From: Flavobacterium sp.
GTDB taxonomy: Bacteria; Bacteroidota; Bacteroidia; Flavobacteriales; Flavobacteriaceae
Direction of reading: 5' to 3'
Assembly: GCA_043772515.1 (NCBI GenBank)
Contig: JAYVGE010000052.1
Location: 1 to 38,578, forward strand
DNA: 38,578 bases
A program made the position numbers and the translations under genes. The notes under the pieces are model-generated. The model ran no database searches. It had not been told where the DNA came from and worked only from the letters and a program-made list of their open reading frames with translations. This document shows positions 1 through 7,912 of this stretch, in pieces. How positions within the stretch are numbered: the stretch's first letter is position 1; each line of letters starts with the position of its first letter.

Positions 1-97
1 GGTCGCCCTGAACGGTCTTGCGGTTCCCGTCGACCGGGCTGAGCAGCATCACCCGTGCCTCGTGCCCGGCCCAATTGGCGAAATCCTTGGGGCGGGT
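1..97 (-). other. GC-rich foreign fragment resembling alphaproteobacterial rimP, fused in frame to HMG-CoA reductase (probable chimeric contig end)
   Basis: GC content jumps abruptly below ~position 100. The minus strand reads TRPKDFANWAGHEARVMLLSPVDGNRKTVQGD, like the RimP segment after the SSPGIDRPL motif, instead of the expected reductase continuation AGLAQNFAAL. Confidence 0.75.
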
Positions 98-1210
98 CAC
101 GGCAACAAATTGCATCAATTCTTTTGCCGAAGGTTTTTCGAGTATTTCCAAAGATAATTTTACCAAAGGATGTAGCGAAGTTAATCCGCCCACGGTACCT
201 AATGCCAAAGGAATTTCTAGCCAAAAGGTAAAAATTCCGTTCTCGATTTTGGCATGCGACAAACTCGAATAACGACCGTTTCGGGAGGCGTAAGCATGAA
301 TTCCTGCTTCGACAGCCCGAAAATCATTTCCTGTTGCTAGAACTACGGCATCAATTCCATTCATGATTCCTTTGTTGTGTGTAACGGCACGAAAAGGCTC
401 TACTTCGGCAATTTGAACGGCCTGCAAGAAACGTTCTGCAAATTCTTGTGGATTGGCAATGTGTTTTTCGACTAATGCTTCAATCGGACAAGAGACTTCG
501 GCGCGAACGATGCAATTAGGTACATAGTTGGAGAGAATGCTCATTATTACTTCAATTTTTTCATTGGTATCCGAAAATAATTCGTAGCCTTGCGCCTTTG
601 TTTGAAGCGTCTTGGCAAATTGTTCTAGACAGGAATTGATGAAATTGGCACCCATGCTGTCTTTGGAGTCAAAAGTAGCATGAAGTTGAAAGTAATTGGG
701 TAATACGTCGGTTTTGTCTTTGAGTACAATATCGAGAATTCCACCACCTCGTTGTTGCATGTTCTTGGTAATACTTTCTGTATCAGTAAAAAAATGAGAT
801 TTAGTTTGGGCAAAAAACAGACTCAATTTCGAGACATCTCCTTTGTATATAAAATGTACTTGACCAATTTTTTCGGTATTGAGAACTGTTGCTTTAAACC
901 CACCTCGGGTAGCCCAAAATTTTGCCGATTTTGCAGCAGCAGCAACCACAGAGCTCTCTTCGATTGCCATGGGAATGGTGCTGTATTTGCCATTAATTAG
1001 AAAATTTGGAGCTACTCCTAGCGGAATATAGAAGTTGGTTATGGTATTTTCGATGAATTCATCGTGTAATTTCTGCAATTTAGGATCTGTATTCCAGTAG
1101 TTTTTTAGTAATGCTACAGCTTCCAGCGGAGTAGAAAAGTATTCTTTGGCAATCCAGTTTATTTTTTCTTCTTTGGATAATTTAGAAAATCCAGCAACGG
1201 CGTTATTCAT
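98..1210 (-). CDS. mvaA: Class II hydroxymethylglutaryl-CoA reductase, 3' end missing
   Basis: Absent from the ORF track because there is no stop before the window edge. Manual translation from the ATG at 1210 gives MNNAVAGFSKLSKEEK...PMAIEESSVVAAA...DSMGANFIN...RAVTHNKGIMNGIDAVVLATGNDFRAVEAG...GTVGG, which are class II HMGR motifs. Confidence 0.93.
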
Positions 1211-1238
1211 TCTCAGTCTATTATGGGATAATTAGCGG

Positions 1239-1246
1239 CAAAGATA
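1239..1246 (-). promoter_or_regulatory. Bacteroidota sigma-A -7 element (TATCTTTG) for the HMG-CoA reductase gene
   Basis: Exact TAnnTTTG match about 28 nt upstream of the ATG. Confidence 0.6.
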
Positions 1247-1390
1247 CGGTTTTAGAATTTTGATGCAGAAGAATTGCTTTTCATTATAGTGCTGTTTTTT
1301 ACATTCCTTTTTACATTTAACATAAAAAATAGCTGATTATTGTAATTTTTTCACTAAAATTGACCTCTTTTTTATGCTTAAATTTAAATT

Positions 1391-3559
1391 ATGAATTCGA
1401 ATAGGTTTTTGGGATTATTTTTAATGTTTTGTGTTACTGTTTTTGGTCAGCAAAAGATTAACGTAGCAACGATTTATAGTGGAGCATTCCGTGCAAAGGA
1501 GATGGAGGATTTACAATCGATGCAAACGACGAATCAATATACGGTTCTAAATTTTGACACCGTTTCCCAAACCATGCAAATTGATTTATATGATTTTGCA
1601 ACACTAAAAAAAGTAGCAACGCTTTTGGATACCAAGAATTTTAAGGAACTAAAGGGTATTGATAGCTACATTTTTAATGCAAATGAAACCAAAATACTAA
1701 TTGCAAATGATTCTGGTCAAATTTTTAGACATTCTTTTGTGGCTAATTACTTTGTTTACGATATTGTTTCAAAAACCTTAACTCAAATTGTAGATTACAA
1801 AATACAGGAACCTGCTTTTTCGCCAGATGGCAAACAGATTGCTTTTGTAAAAGAAAACAATATTTATGTTTACGATTTAGATTCAAAAACAACAACGGCT
1901 ATTACTACCGATGGTAAGAAAAACGAGATTATCAACGGAATTACAGACTGGGTTTATGAAGAAGAATTCTCTTTTGTAAGAGCGTTCGACTGGAGTAAAG
2001 ACAGCAAAAAACTCGCCTACATTCGTTTTGACGAAAGACAAGTACCAGAATTTTCAATGTCGATGTTTCGTAAAGAATTGTATCCAGCGGTAACGACTTT
2101 CAAATATCCGAAAGCAGGAGAGAAAAATTCGTTGGTTTCGTTACATATTTATGATCTTGTAGCCAAGGGAACAAAGGACGTAAATTTGGGGAACTACTCC
2201 GATTTTTATATTGCACGGCTAAAATGGACTAGCGATGCTTCAGTCTTGTCTGCTCAGGTGTTAAACCGCCACCAAGATAATTTAGATTTATTGTTTATCG
2301 ACGGAAATTCGGGAACTGCAAAAGTAGTCTTGAATGAAAAAGATAAAGCCTATGTCGATGTGACGGATAATTTGACCTTTCTAAAGGATAATAGTTTTAT
2401 TTGGACAAGTGAAAAAGACGGCTTTAATCATATTTATAGGTATGATAAGACTGGGAAACTTCAAAATCAAGTGACCAAAGGCAATTGGGAGGTAACAAAT
2501 TACTACGGTTTTGACGAAAAAACAAACACCATTTTTTACCAATCTACAGAAAATGGTTCTATTAACAGAGATGTGTATCGCATCGCATTAGACGGCAAAA
2601 ACAAGGTACGCTTGTCTAAAAGTACAGGAGGGAATGCGGCAACCTTCAGCCCCAATTTTCAATATTACATTGCGACTTCCTCTAGCGCTTCACAGCCTAC
2701 TACTTATACTTTGAATGAGTCAAAAGTTGGAAAACAAATTCAAGTTATAGAAAACAACGAAGCATTAGTGACAAAATTGAAAGCATTTGATTTGCCAGCC
2801 AAAGATTTTTTTGTACTTAAAACAGAAAAAGGAAATGAGTTGAATGCTTGGATGATTAAACCAAAAGATTTTGACGCTACCAAAAGATATCCTGTTTTTA
2901 TGTTTCAATATTCTGGACCAGGATCCCAGCAAGTAGTCAATCAATGGTTGAATTTAAATGATTATTGGTTTATGATGCTGTCGCAACAAGGATATATTGT
3001 AGCCTGTGTTGACGGACGTGGAACCGGTTTTAAAGGGTCTGATTTTAAAAGGGTAACTCAAAAAGAATTAGGAAAATACGAAGTCGAGGATCAAATTGAT
3101 GCAGCTAAAGTAATAGGAAATTATCCGTATGTAGACAAATCAAGAATAGGAATTTTTGGATGGTCTTTTGGAGGTTTTATGGCATCGAATTGTATTTTTC
3201 AGGGGAGCGATGTTTTTAAAATGGCAATTGCGGTGGCACCAGTAACCAACTGGCGTTTTTATGATAGCATTTATACCGAAAGATACATGCAAACTCCACA
3301 AGAAAATGCAAGCGGTTACGATGCCAATTCACCCATAAACCATGTCGATAAATTAAAAGGAAAGTTCTTGCTTATACATGGGTCTGGAGATGATAATGTG
3401 CATGTGCAAAACTCGATGCAAATGATGGAAGCATTGATTCAGTCCAACAAGCAATTTGACTCGCAAATTTATCCAGACAATGATCATGGAATTTATGGTG
3501 GAAAAACAAGAATTCAATTGTACACCAAAATGACTAACTTTATCAAAGAAAATTTGTAA
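1391..3559 (+). CDS. S9B family dipeptidyl-peptidase IV-like serine peptidase, exported
   Basis: Signal peptide, DWVYEEE double-Glu motif, YSGPGSQ, GWSFGG nucleophile, HGSGDDNVH and C-terminal DHGI catalytic His. Confidence 0.93.
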   Translation: MNSNRFLGLFLMFCVTVFGQQKINVATIYSGAFRAKEMEDLQSMQTTNQYTVLNFDTVSQTMQIDLYDFATLKKVATLLDTKNFKELKGIDSYIFNANETKILIANDSGQIFRHSFVANYFVYDIVSKTLTQIVDYKIQEPAFSPDGKQIAFVKENNIYVYDLDSKTTTAITTDGKKNEIINGITDWVYEEEFSFVRAFDWSKDSKKLAYIRFDERQVPEFSMSMFRKELYPAVTTFKYPKAGEKNSLVSLHIYDLVAKGTKDVNLGNYSDFYIARLKWTSDASVLSAQVLNRHQDNLDLLFIDGNSGTAKVVLNEKDKAYVDVTDNLTFLKDNSFIWTSEKDGFNHIYRYDKTGKLQNQVTKGNWEVTNYYGFDEKTNTIFYQSTENGSINRDVYRIALDGKNKVRLSKSTGGNAATFSPNFQYYIATSSSASQPTTYTLNESKVGKQIQVIENNEALVTKLKAFDLPAKDFFVLKTEKGNELNAWMIKPKDFDATKRYPVFMFQYSGPGSQQVVNQWLNLNDYWFMMLSQQGYIVACVDGRGTGFKGSDFKRVTQKELGKYEVEDQIDAAKVIGNYPYVDKSRIGIFGWSFGGFMASNCIFQGSDVFKMAIAVAPVTNWRFYDSIYTERYMQTPQENASGYDANSPINHVDKLKGKFLLIHGSGDDNVHVQNSMQMMEALIQSNKQFDSQIYPDNDHGIYGGKTRIQLYTKMTNFIKENL

Positions 3560-3867
3560 AAAGTAAAAACGAGAGTTTTCCTGAAGAGTATATGTTCAGA
3601 TTGACAAAGGAGAATAGGGATGAAATTTTATCATCACAGATTTTGTTCCTAAATTATCACAATCGGTATGACATCTAAAAAAAAACAAAAATGATTTGCC
3701 GTATGCATTTACGGAACACGGTGAATCTTTAAAATCATATTAAAGAATCAGAAACCAAATTTGACAAACAATTTGAAGATGTTTTTGAAGCAATTCGGTT
3801 TCTAATAACAGATATAGAGAGTGTAGAAAGTAAATCGAAAAGTGTTGAAATTGGAGATAAGAAATAA
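3556..3867 (+). pseudogene. ORF6N-domain DNA-binding protein remnant (5'-truncated, frameshifted, internally deleted)
   Basis: Fragments in shifting frames: VKSKNESFPEEYMFRLTKE (cf. VKRNxxRFPxDFMFxLT), LPYAFTEHG, and the tail ETKFDKQFEDVFEAIRFL...EIG. The segment normally between EHG and the tail is missing. End coordinate is approximate. Confidence 0.8.
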
Positions 3868-3945
3868 TAATTGAATTCAATTTTGTAGTAAAATAACTAA
3901 ATTTGCAAAAGAGGATTTGTAGCGATAGAATTTAAAAATAAAATG

Positions 3946-4070
3946 ATGAAATGAGCATGATCGAAAGGTGCTCGTAAACACGAATGAAGATATGCGACCG
4001 GAACGATAGCGAACGATCAAAGTATCTTGTGTCATAATTCATTAAAAAAAGCAAATAGTATCTACATATG
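3946..4070 (+). repeat. Dispersed three-block leader element, copy 1 (ends at the DUF433 ATG)
   Basis: Shares blocks with 31888-32047 at 13/15, 29/39 and 26/28 ungapped identities, counted by hand. Confidence 0.8.
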
Positions 4071-4214
4071 ATAAAGTATCACGACATAATTACAGGAAAC
4101 CCAAACAAACGTTTTGGCAAACCTTGCGTAAGAGAAACTAGGATTTCAGTTTACGATGTTTAGAATTAGCTAGCTTATGCAGCAAATCGTGAACATAAAA
4201 TTGAAAGCGTATAA
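4068..4214 (+). pseudogene. DUF433 family antitoxin pseudogene
   Basis: MIKYHDIITGNPNKRFGKPCVRETRISVYDV*N*LAYAANREHKIESV*. It has the GKPCxRxxRIxVxDV motif, two in-frame TAG codons, and lacks the central helix region before LAYAA. Confidence 0.88.
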
Positions 4215-4428
4215 TGAATTTATTATTTGATCAAAATATTTCATTTCGTATAGAAAAAAAATAGCATCAGATATCTTAATAGCGAAGCACGTTTCAACTT
4301 TAGGATTAAACAATGTTGACGATTTAGAAATTTGGAATTTTGCAAAGAAGGAAAGATATTTGTTAATTCGAAATTTTATTATGAATCCGCACAAATCGAA
4401 TATCGCTTGTTTAGAAATAACAGATTAA
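4214..4428 (+). pseudogene. DUF5615 family PIN-like toxin pseudogene
   Basis: Coupled to DUF433 by a TAATG overlap. Reads MNLLFDQNISFRIEKK, then a frameshift in an A8 run to AKHVSTLGLNNVDDLEIWNFAKKE. The ivTxDxDF...ppKiiW core is missing. Ends IACLEITD*. Confidence 0.85.
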
Positions 4429-4469
4429 TTTTATAACCCAAAACCAAAACAGTAACCTAAATAAAAAAA

Positions 4470-6161
4470 ATGGTAGAAACTCAAGTTAAAACGGCACATC
4501 CAAAAGGACTTTGGGTGTTATTTGGAACAGAAATGTGGGAACGGTTCAATTTCTATGGAATGCGAACTTTATTAGTTCTTTTTCTTGTAAATTCTTTAAT
4601 GATGAAAGAAGAGGATGCTTCTTTAATTTATGGAGGGTTTCTGGGTCTTTGTTATTTGACTCCGATGCTAGGAGGTTTTATTTCGGATCGGTTTTTTGGA
4701 AATAGAAATTGCATTATGCTAGGTGGCTTGATGATGGCTATCGGACAATTGTTGTTATTTGCCAGTGCTACTGTTTTTGGCAAAAATTTGGGTTTGGCAA
4801 CCACTATAATGTATTCTGGTTTAGGAATTATTATTTTTGGAAATGGTTTTTTTAAACCTAATATTTCTAGTATGGTGGGAAGTTTGTATCCAAAACAGGA
4901 AAAAAGCAAACTGGATACCGCCTTTACTATTTTTTATATGGGAATTAACTTAGGAGCATTCTTAGGTCAATTTATTTGTCCATTAATTGGGGATGTTAAA
5001 AGTTCAGGTGGAGTTAGAGATATTCACGCTTTCAAATGGGGATTTCTAGCAGCTTCGATAGCAATGCTTATCGGAACTTTGGTTTTTTACTTCTTGAAAA
5101 ACAAATATGTGGTTACTCCAGAAGGCAAACCATTAGGAGGCTTACCTTCTAAAAATGAATCGTCAGATTATGAAGAGGGAGAAGCTCAAAGTGCTGTTTT
5201 TACTCCAAAAGCTTTAATTCTTTCTGTAGTTGCTTTTGTCGGTATGTTTTTATTGTTTCATTTTTCTGTTGATGGGGACAATGTTGTAAAAACGATTATT
5301 TATCCAATAATTTATGCTAGTGGTATTACATTGGCTGGTTTGATTTTGTCAGATAGCTCTTTGACAAAAGTAGAAAGAGATCGTATTCTAGTAATTTATA
5401 TCATATCTTTCTTTATTATTTTCTTTTGGGCTGCTTTTGAACAAGCGGGTTCGTCATTAACTTTTATTGCCGATAATCAAACCGATAGAAACTTTTTCGG
5501 ATGGGCAATGCCAGCTTCTATGGTGCAAATCTTTAACGGATTATTTGTTGTTGCCTTGGCGGTTCCCTTTAGTATGCTATGGGACAAATTAAGAGCTAAA
5601 GATAGTGAGCCTATTTCTCCTGTAAAATTGGCTTTGGGATTATTGCTAATCGCGGTAAGTTTTTTCATGATTGCTACTCAAGTAAAAGATCTTGGAAATT
5701 CAGGATTGTTAGCTATCAAATGGTTGATTTTATTGTATTTATTAAATACTTGCGCCGAGTTGTGCTTGTCTCCTATAGGGTTGTCATTAGTAGGTAAATT
5801 GTCTCCAAAACGTTTTTCTTCTTTGTTATATGGAGTGTTTTTCTTGTCGAATGCGTCAGGTTATGCATTAGCGGGAACTTTGGGTTCTATTTTGCCAGCA
5901 ACTGGGGATAAATTTAACAAAGCAAAAGAACTTGGAATCGATTTACAAGCTGTTTTAGATAAAAAAGTGGTGCCTACAGCAGAGCAATTACAATTATTAG
6001 ACACAAATCAGATTAGCAATCATAATCCAATTTTTGCTGGTTTTGAAATCCATAATTTATTCGAATTTTTTATGGTATTTGTTATCTTAACAGGACTAGC
6101 AGCTATAGTTTTGTTCTTGTTGACACCTTTCTTGAAAAAAATGATGCATGGTATTAGATAA
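4470..6161 (+). CDS. Proton-dependent oligopeptide transporter (POT/PTR2, MFS) 1
   Basis: EMWERFNFYGMR, GNGFFKPNIS, FYMGINLGA, FWAAFEQAG and ELCLSPIGLS motifs. Confidence 0.95.
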   Translation: MVETQVKTAHPKGLWVLFGTEMWERFNFYGMRTLLVLFLVNSLMMKEEDASLIYGGFLGLCYLTPMLGGFISDRFFGNRNCIMLGGLMMAIGQLLLFASATVFGKNLGLATTIMYSGLGIIIFGNGFFKPNISSMVGSLYPKQEKSKLDTAFTIFYMGINLGAFLGQFICPLIGDVKSSGGVRDIHAFKWGFLAASIAMLIGTLVFYFLKNKYVVTPEGKPLGGLPSKNESSDYEEGEAQSAVFTPKALILSVVAFVGMFLLFHFSVDGDNVVKTIIYPIIYASGITLAGLILSDSSLTKVERDRILVIYIISFFIIFFWAAFEQAGSSLTFIADNQTDRNFFGWAMPASMVQIFNGLFVVALAVPFSMLWDKLRAKDSEPISPVKLALGLLLIAVSFFMIATQVKDLGNSGLLAIKWLILLYLLNTCAELCLSPIGLSLVGKLSPKRFSSLLYGVFFLSNASGYALAGTLGSILPATGDKFNKAKELGIDLQAVLDKKVVPTAEQLQLLDTNQISNHNPIFAGFEIHNLFEFFMVFVILTGLAAIVLFLLTPFLKKMMHGIR

Positions 6162-6181
6162 TTAATACTTTCTACTTTTTA

Positions 6182-6217
6182 AAAATTACCTACAGGTTTT
6201 AACGTGTAGGTAATTTT
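6182..6217. repeat. REP-like palindrome (ACCTACA...TGTAGGT family)
   Basis: Perfect 13-bp stem AAAATTACCTACA/TGTAGGTAATTTT with a 10-nt loop; related to 29065-29094. Confidence 0.75.
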
Positions 6218-6238
6218 AATTTTAAACAGTTTTTGATT

Positions 6239-7897
6239 ATGTGGAATAAACATCCAAAGGCATTGCCCTTTTTGTTTTTGTCCGAAATGTGGGAACGTTT
6301 TGGTTACTATTTGATGATAGGGATTTTTACATTGTATCTCAAAGATGTAGAAGCTGGTTTTGCCATGACCGAAAAACAAGCATCCGATTTATACGGAACT
6401 TTTATTGCTTTGGTTTTTTTGACTCCGTTTGTTGGAGGATTGGTTGCCGATAGGTATTTAGGATACAAAAAATCGATCGTTATTGGTGGTATATTGATGG
6501 GTATCGGTTATTTTATGATGGGAGTTCATAATGTAACTATTCTTTATATTGCAATGACTTTTGTTATTATTGGAAATGGATTCTTTAAACCCAATATTTC
6601 CACGCTTTTAGGTAATTTTTATTCTAAAGAAGAATATATCGAAAAGAAAGACGAAGGTTACAATATTTTCTATATGGGAATAAATGTAGGTGCTTTTATT
6701 TGTAATTTCTTTGGTGCCGCTTTGCAAATAGTTCTTGGCTGGCAATATGCTTTTATGGCTGCTGGAGTCGGGATGTTCATAGGTGTAATTGTTTTTTTAT
6801 TAGGAACGAAACATTATGTGGGCTACGATCAGAAAAAAGGAGTGCAAGAAGGCGATATGCCATTTTATAAAATTGTACTTTTTATATTGTTACCATCTGT
6901 GGTTTTCGGAGTAATTGGATGGTTGCTCAAAGGTGTTACCTCAGACGCCAATCCAGACAGTTATATTTTTGGTTCAGACAGTACCGATGCATTTATTTTT
7001 GCGTGTATTCCGATCATTTATTTTTACGGGAGTTTGTATTTTAAGGCAAAAATTGAAGACAAAAGACCAATTGGTGCTTTACTGTCTATTTTTGCTGTTG
7101 TTATATTATTTTGGGCCGTTTTTAAATTAAATGGTTCTGCCCTGACTACTTGGGCAGATCGCTATACCGATAGAGAAGTTGCTGGGACAACAGGAGACAT
7201 TTTTAGCGGATTAAAATTGGCAAAAACAATAGAATTCAAAAAAGATTCTGTAGAGTTGTATGATGCCCAATTCCGATTACAAAAAGTAAATGGAGTGGTG
7301 CAAAAAGAAGTAAACTATCCACTTTATTTTAGAAACGTAAGCCGGAATAAAATGCCAGAAGAAGGCTCTAAAGTAAGTCTTTGGGCTACCAATCTAAGTC
7401 AGTCTATAAATCCGGGTTGGGTAATTTTACTAACTCCTTTAATAGTTGCCTTTTTTACTTTTTTGCGAAGTAGAAAAAAGGAGCCAAGCACACCAACAAA
7501 AATTGCTTTTGGATTATTAATTTCGGCTTTGTCTGTACTAATAATGGTAGCAGCTGTTCATATCGGTAACAACGGAGCCGAAAAGGTTAGTGTTTGGTGG
7601 CTGGTTGCCAATTACGGAGTGATAACAATTGGAGAACTATTCTTGAGTCCGATGGGATTATCAGTAGTGTCAAAACTAAGCCCAAAAAACATTACAGCAC
7701 TAATGATGGGTGGTTGGTTTTTGGCGACTTCAATTGGAAATAAATTAAGTGGCGTTCTTGCTAGTATGTGGGATAGTTATGGAGATAAAGCCAATTTCTT
7801 TTGGGTGAATTTTTTATTGCTATTGTTTGCTACCCTATTGATGTTTGTTCTAATAAAACAACTCAATAAAGTAATGAAAGAAAAAGGAATTAATTAA
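6239..7897 (+). CDS. POT family transporter 2 (atypical TM1/TM7 residues)
   Basis: EMWERFGYY, GNGFFKPNIS, FYMGINVGA and ELFLSPMGLS motifs. ATG at 6239 preferred over TTG at 6233. Confidence 0.93.
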   Translation: MWNKHPKALPFLFLSEMWERFGYYLMIGIFTLYLKDVEAGFAMTEKQASDLYGTFIALVFLTPFVGGLVADRYLGYKKSIVIGGILMGIGYFMMGVHNVTILYIAMTFVIIGNGFFKPNISTLLGNFYSKEEYIEKKDEGYNIFYMGINVGAFICNFFGAALQIVLGWQYAFMAAGVGMFIGVIVFLLGTKHYVGYDQKKGVQEGDMPFYKIVLFILLPSVVFGVIGWLLKGVTSDANPDSYIFGSDSTDAFIFACIPIIYFYGSLYFKAKIEDKRPIGALLSIFAVVILFWAVFKLNGSALTTWADRYTDREVAGTTGDIFSGLKLAKTIEFKKDSVELYDAQFRLQKVNGVVQKEVNYPLYFRNVSRNKMPEEGSKVSLWATNLSQSINPGWVILLTPLIVAFFTFLRSRKKEPSTPTKIAFGLLISALSVLIMVAAVHIGNNGAEKVSVWWLVANYGVITIGELFLSPMGLSVVSKLSPKNITALMMGGWFLATSIGNKLSGVLASMWDSYGDKANFFWVNFLLLLFATLLMFVLIKQLNKVMKEKGIN

Positions 7898-7912
7898 TAC
7901 AATTATTTATAA

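Noticed and set aside
18-1000. Short ORFs 18-272, 625-813 and 752-1000
   Set aside because: They are antisense or out-of-frame shadows of the HMG-CoA reductase gene.
3944-3980. Possible hammerhead ribozyme (TGATGA...stem...GTAAAC)
   Set aside because: No correctly spaced CUGANGA/GAAA core, and no flanking stems I and III could be found.
4170-4394. 74-aa minus-strand ORF
   Set aside because: Antisense to the DUF433/DUF5615 relics, which explain the region better.
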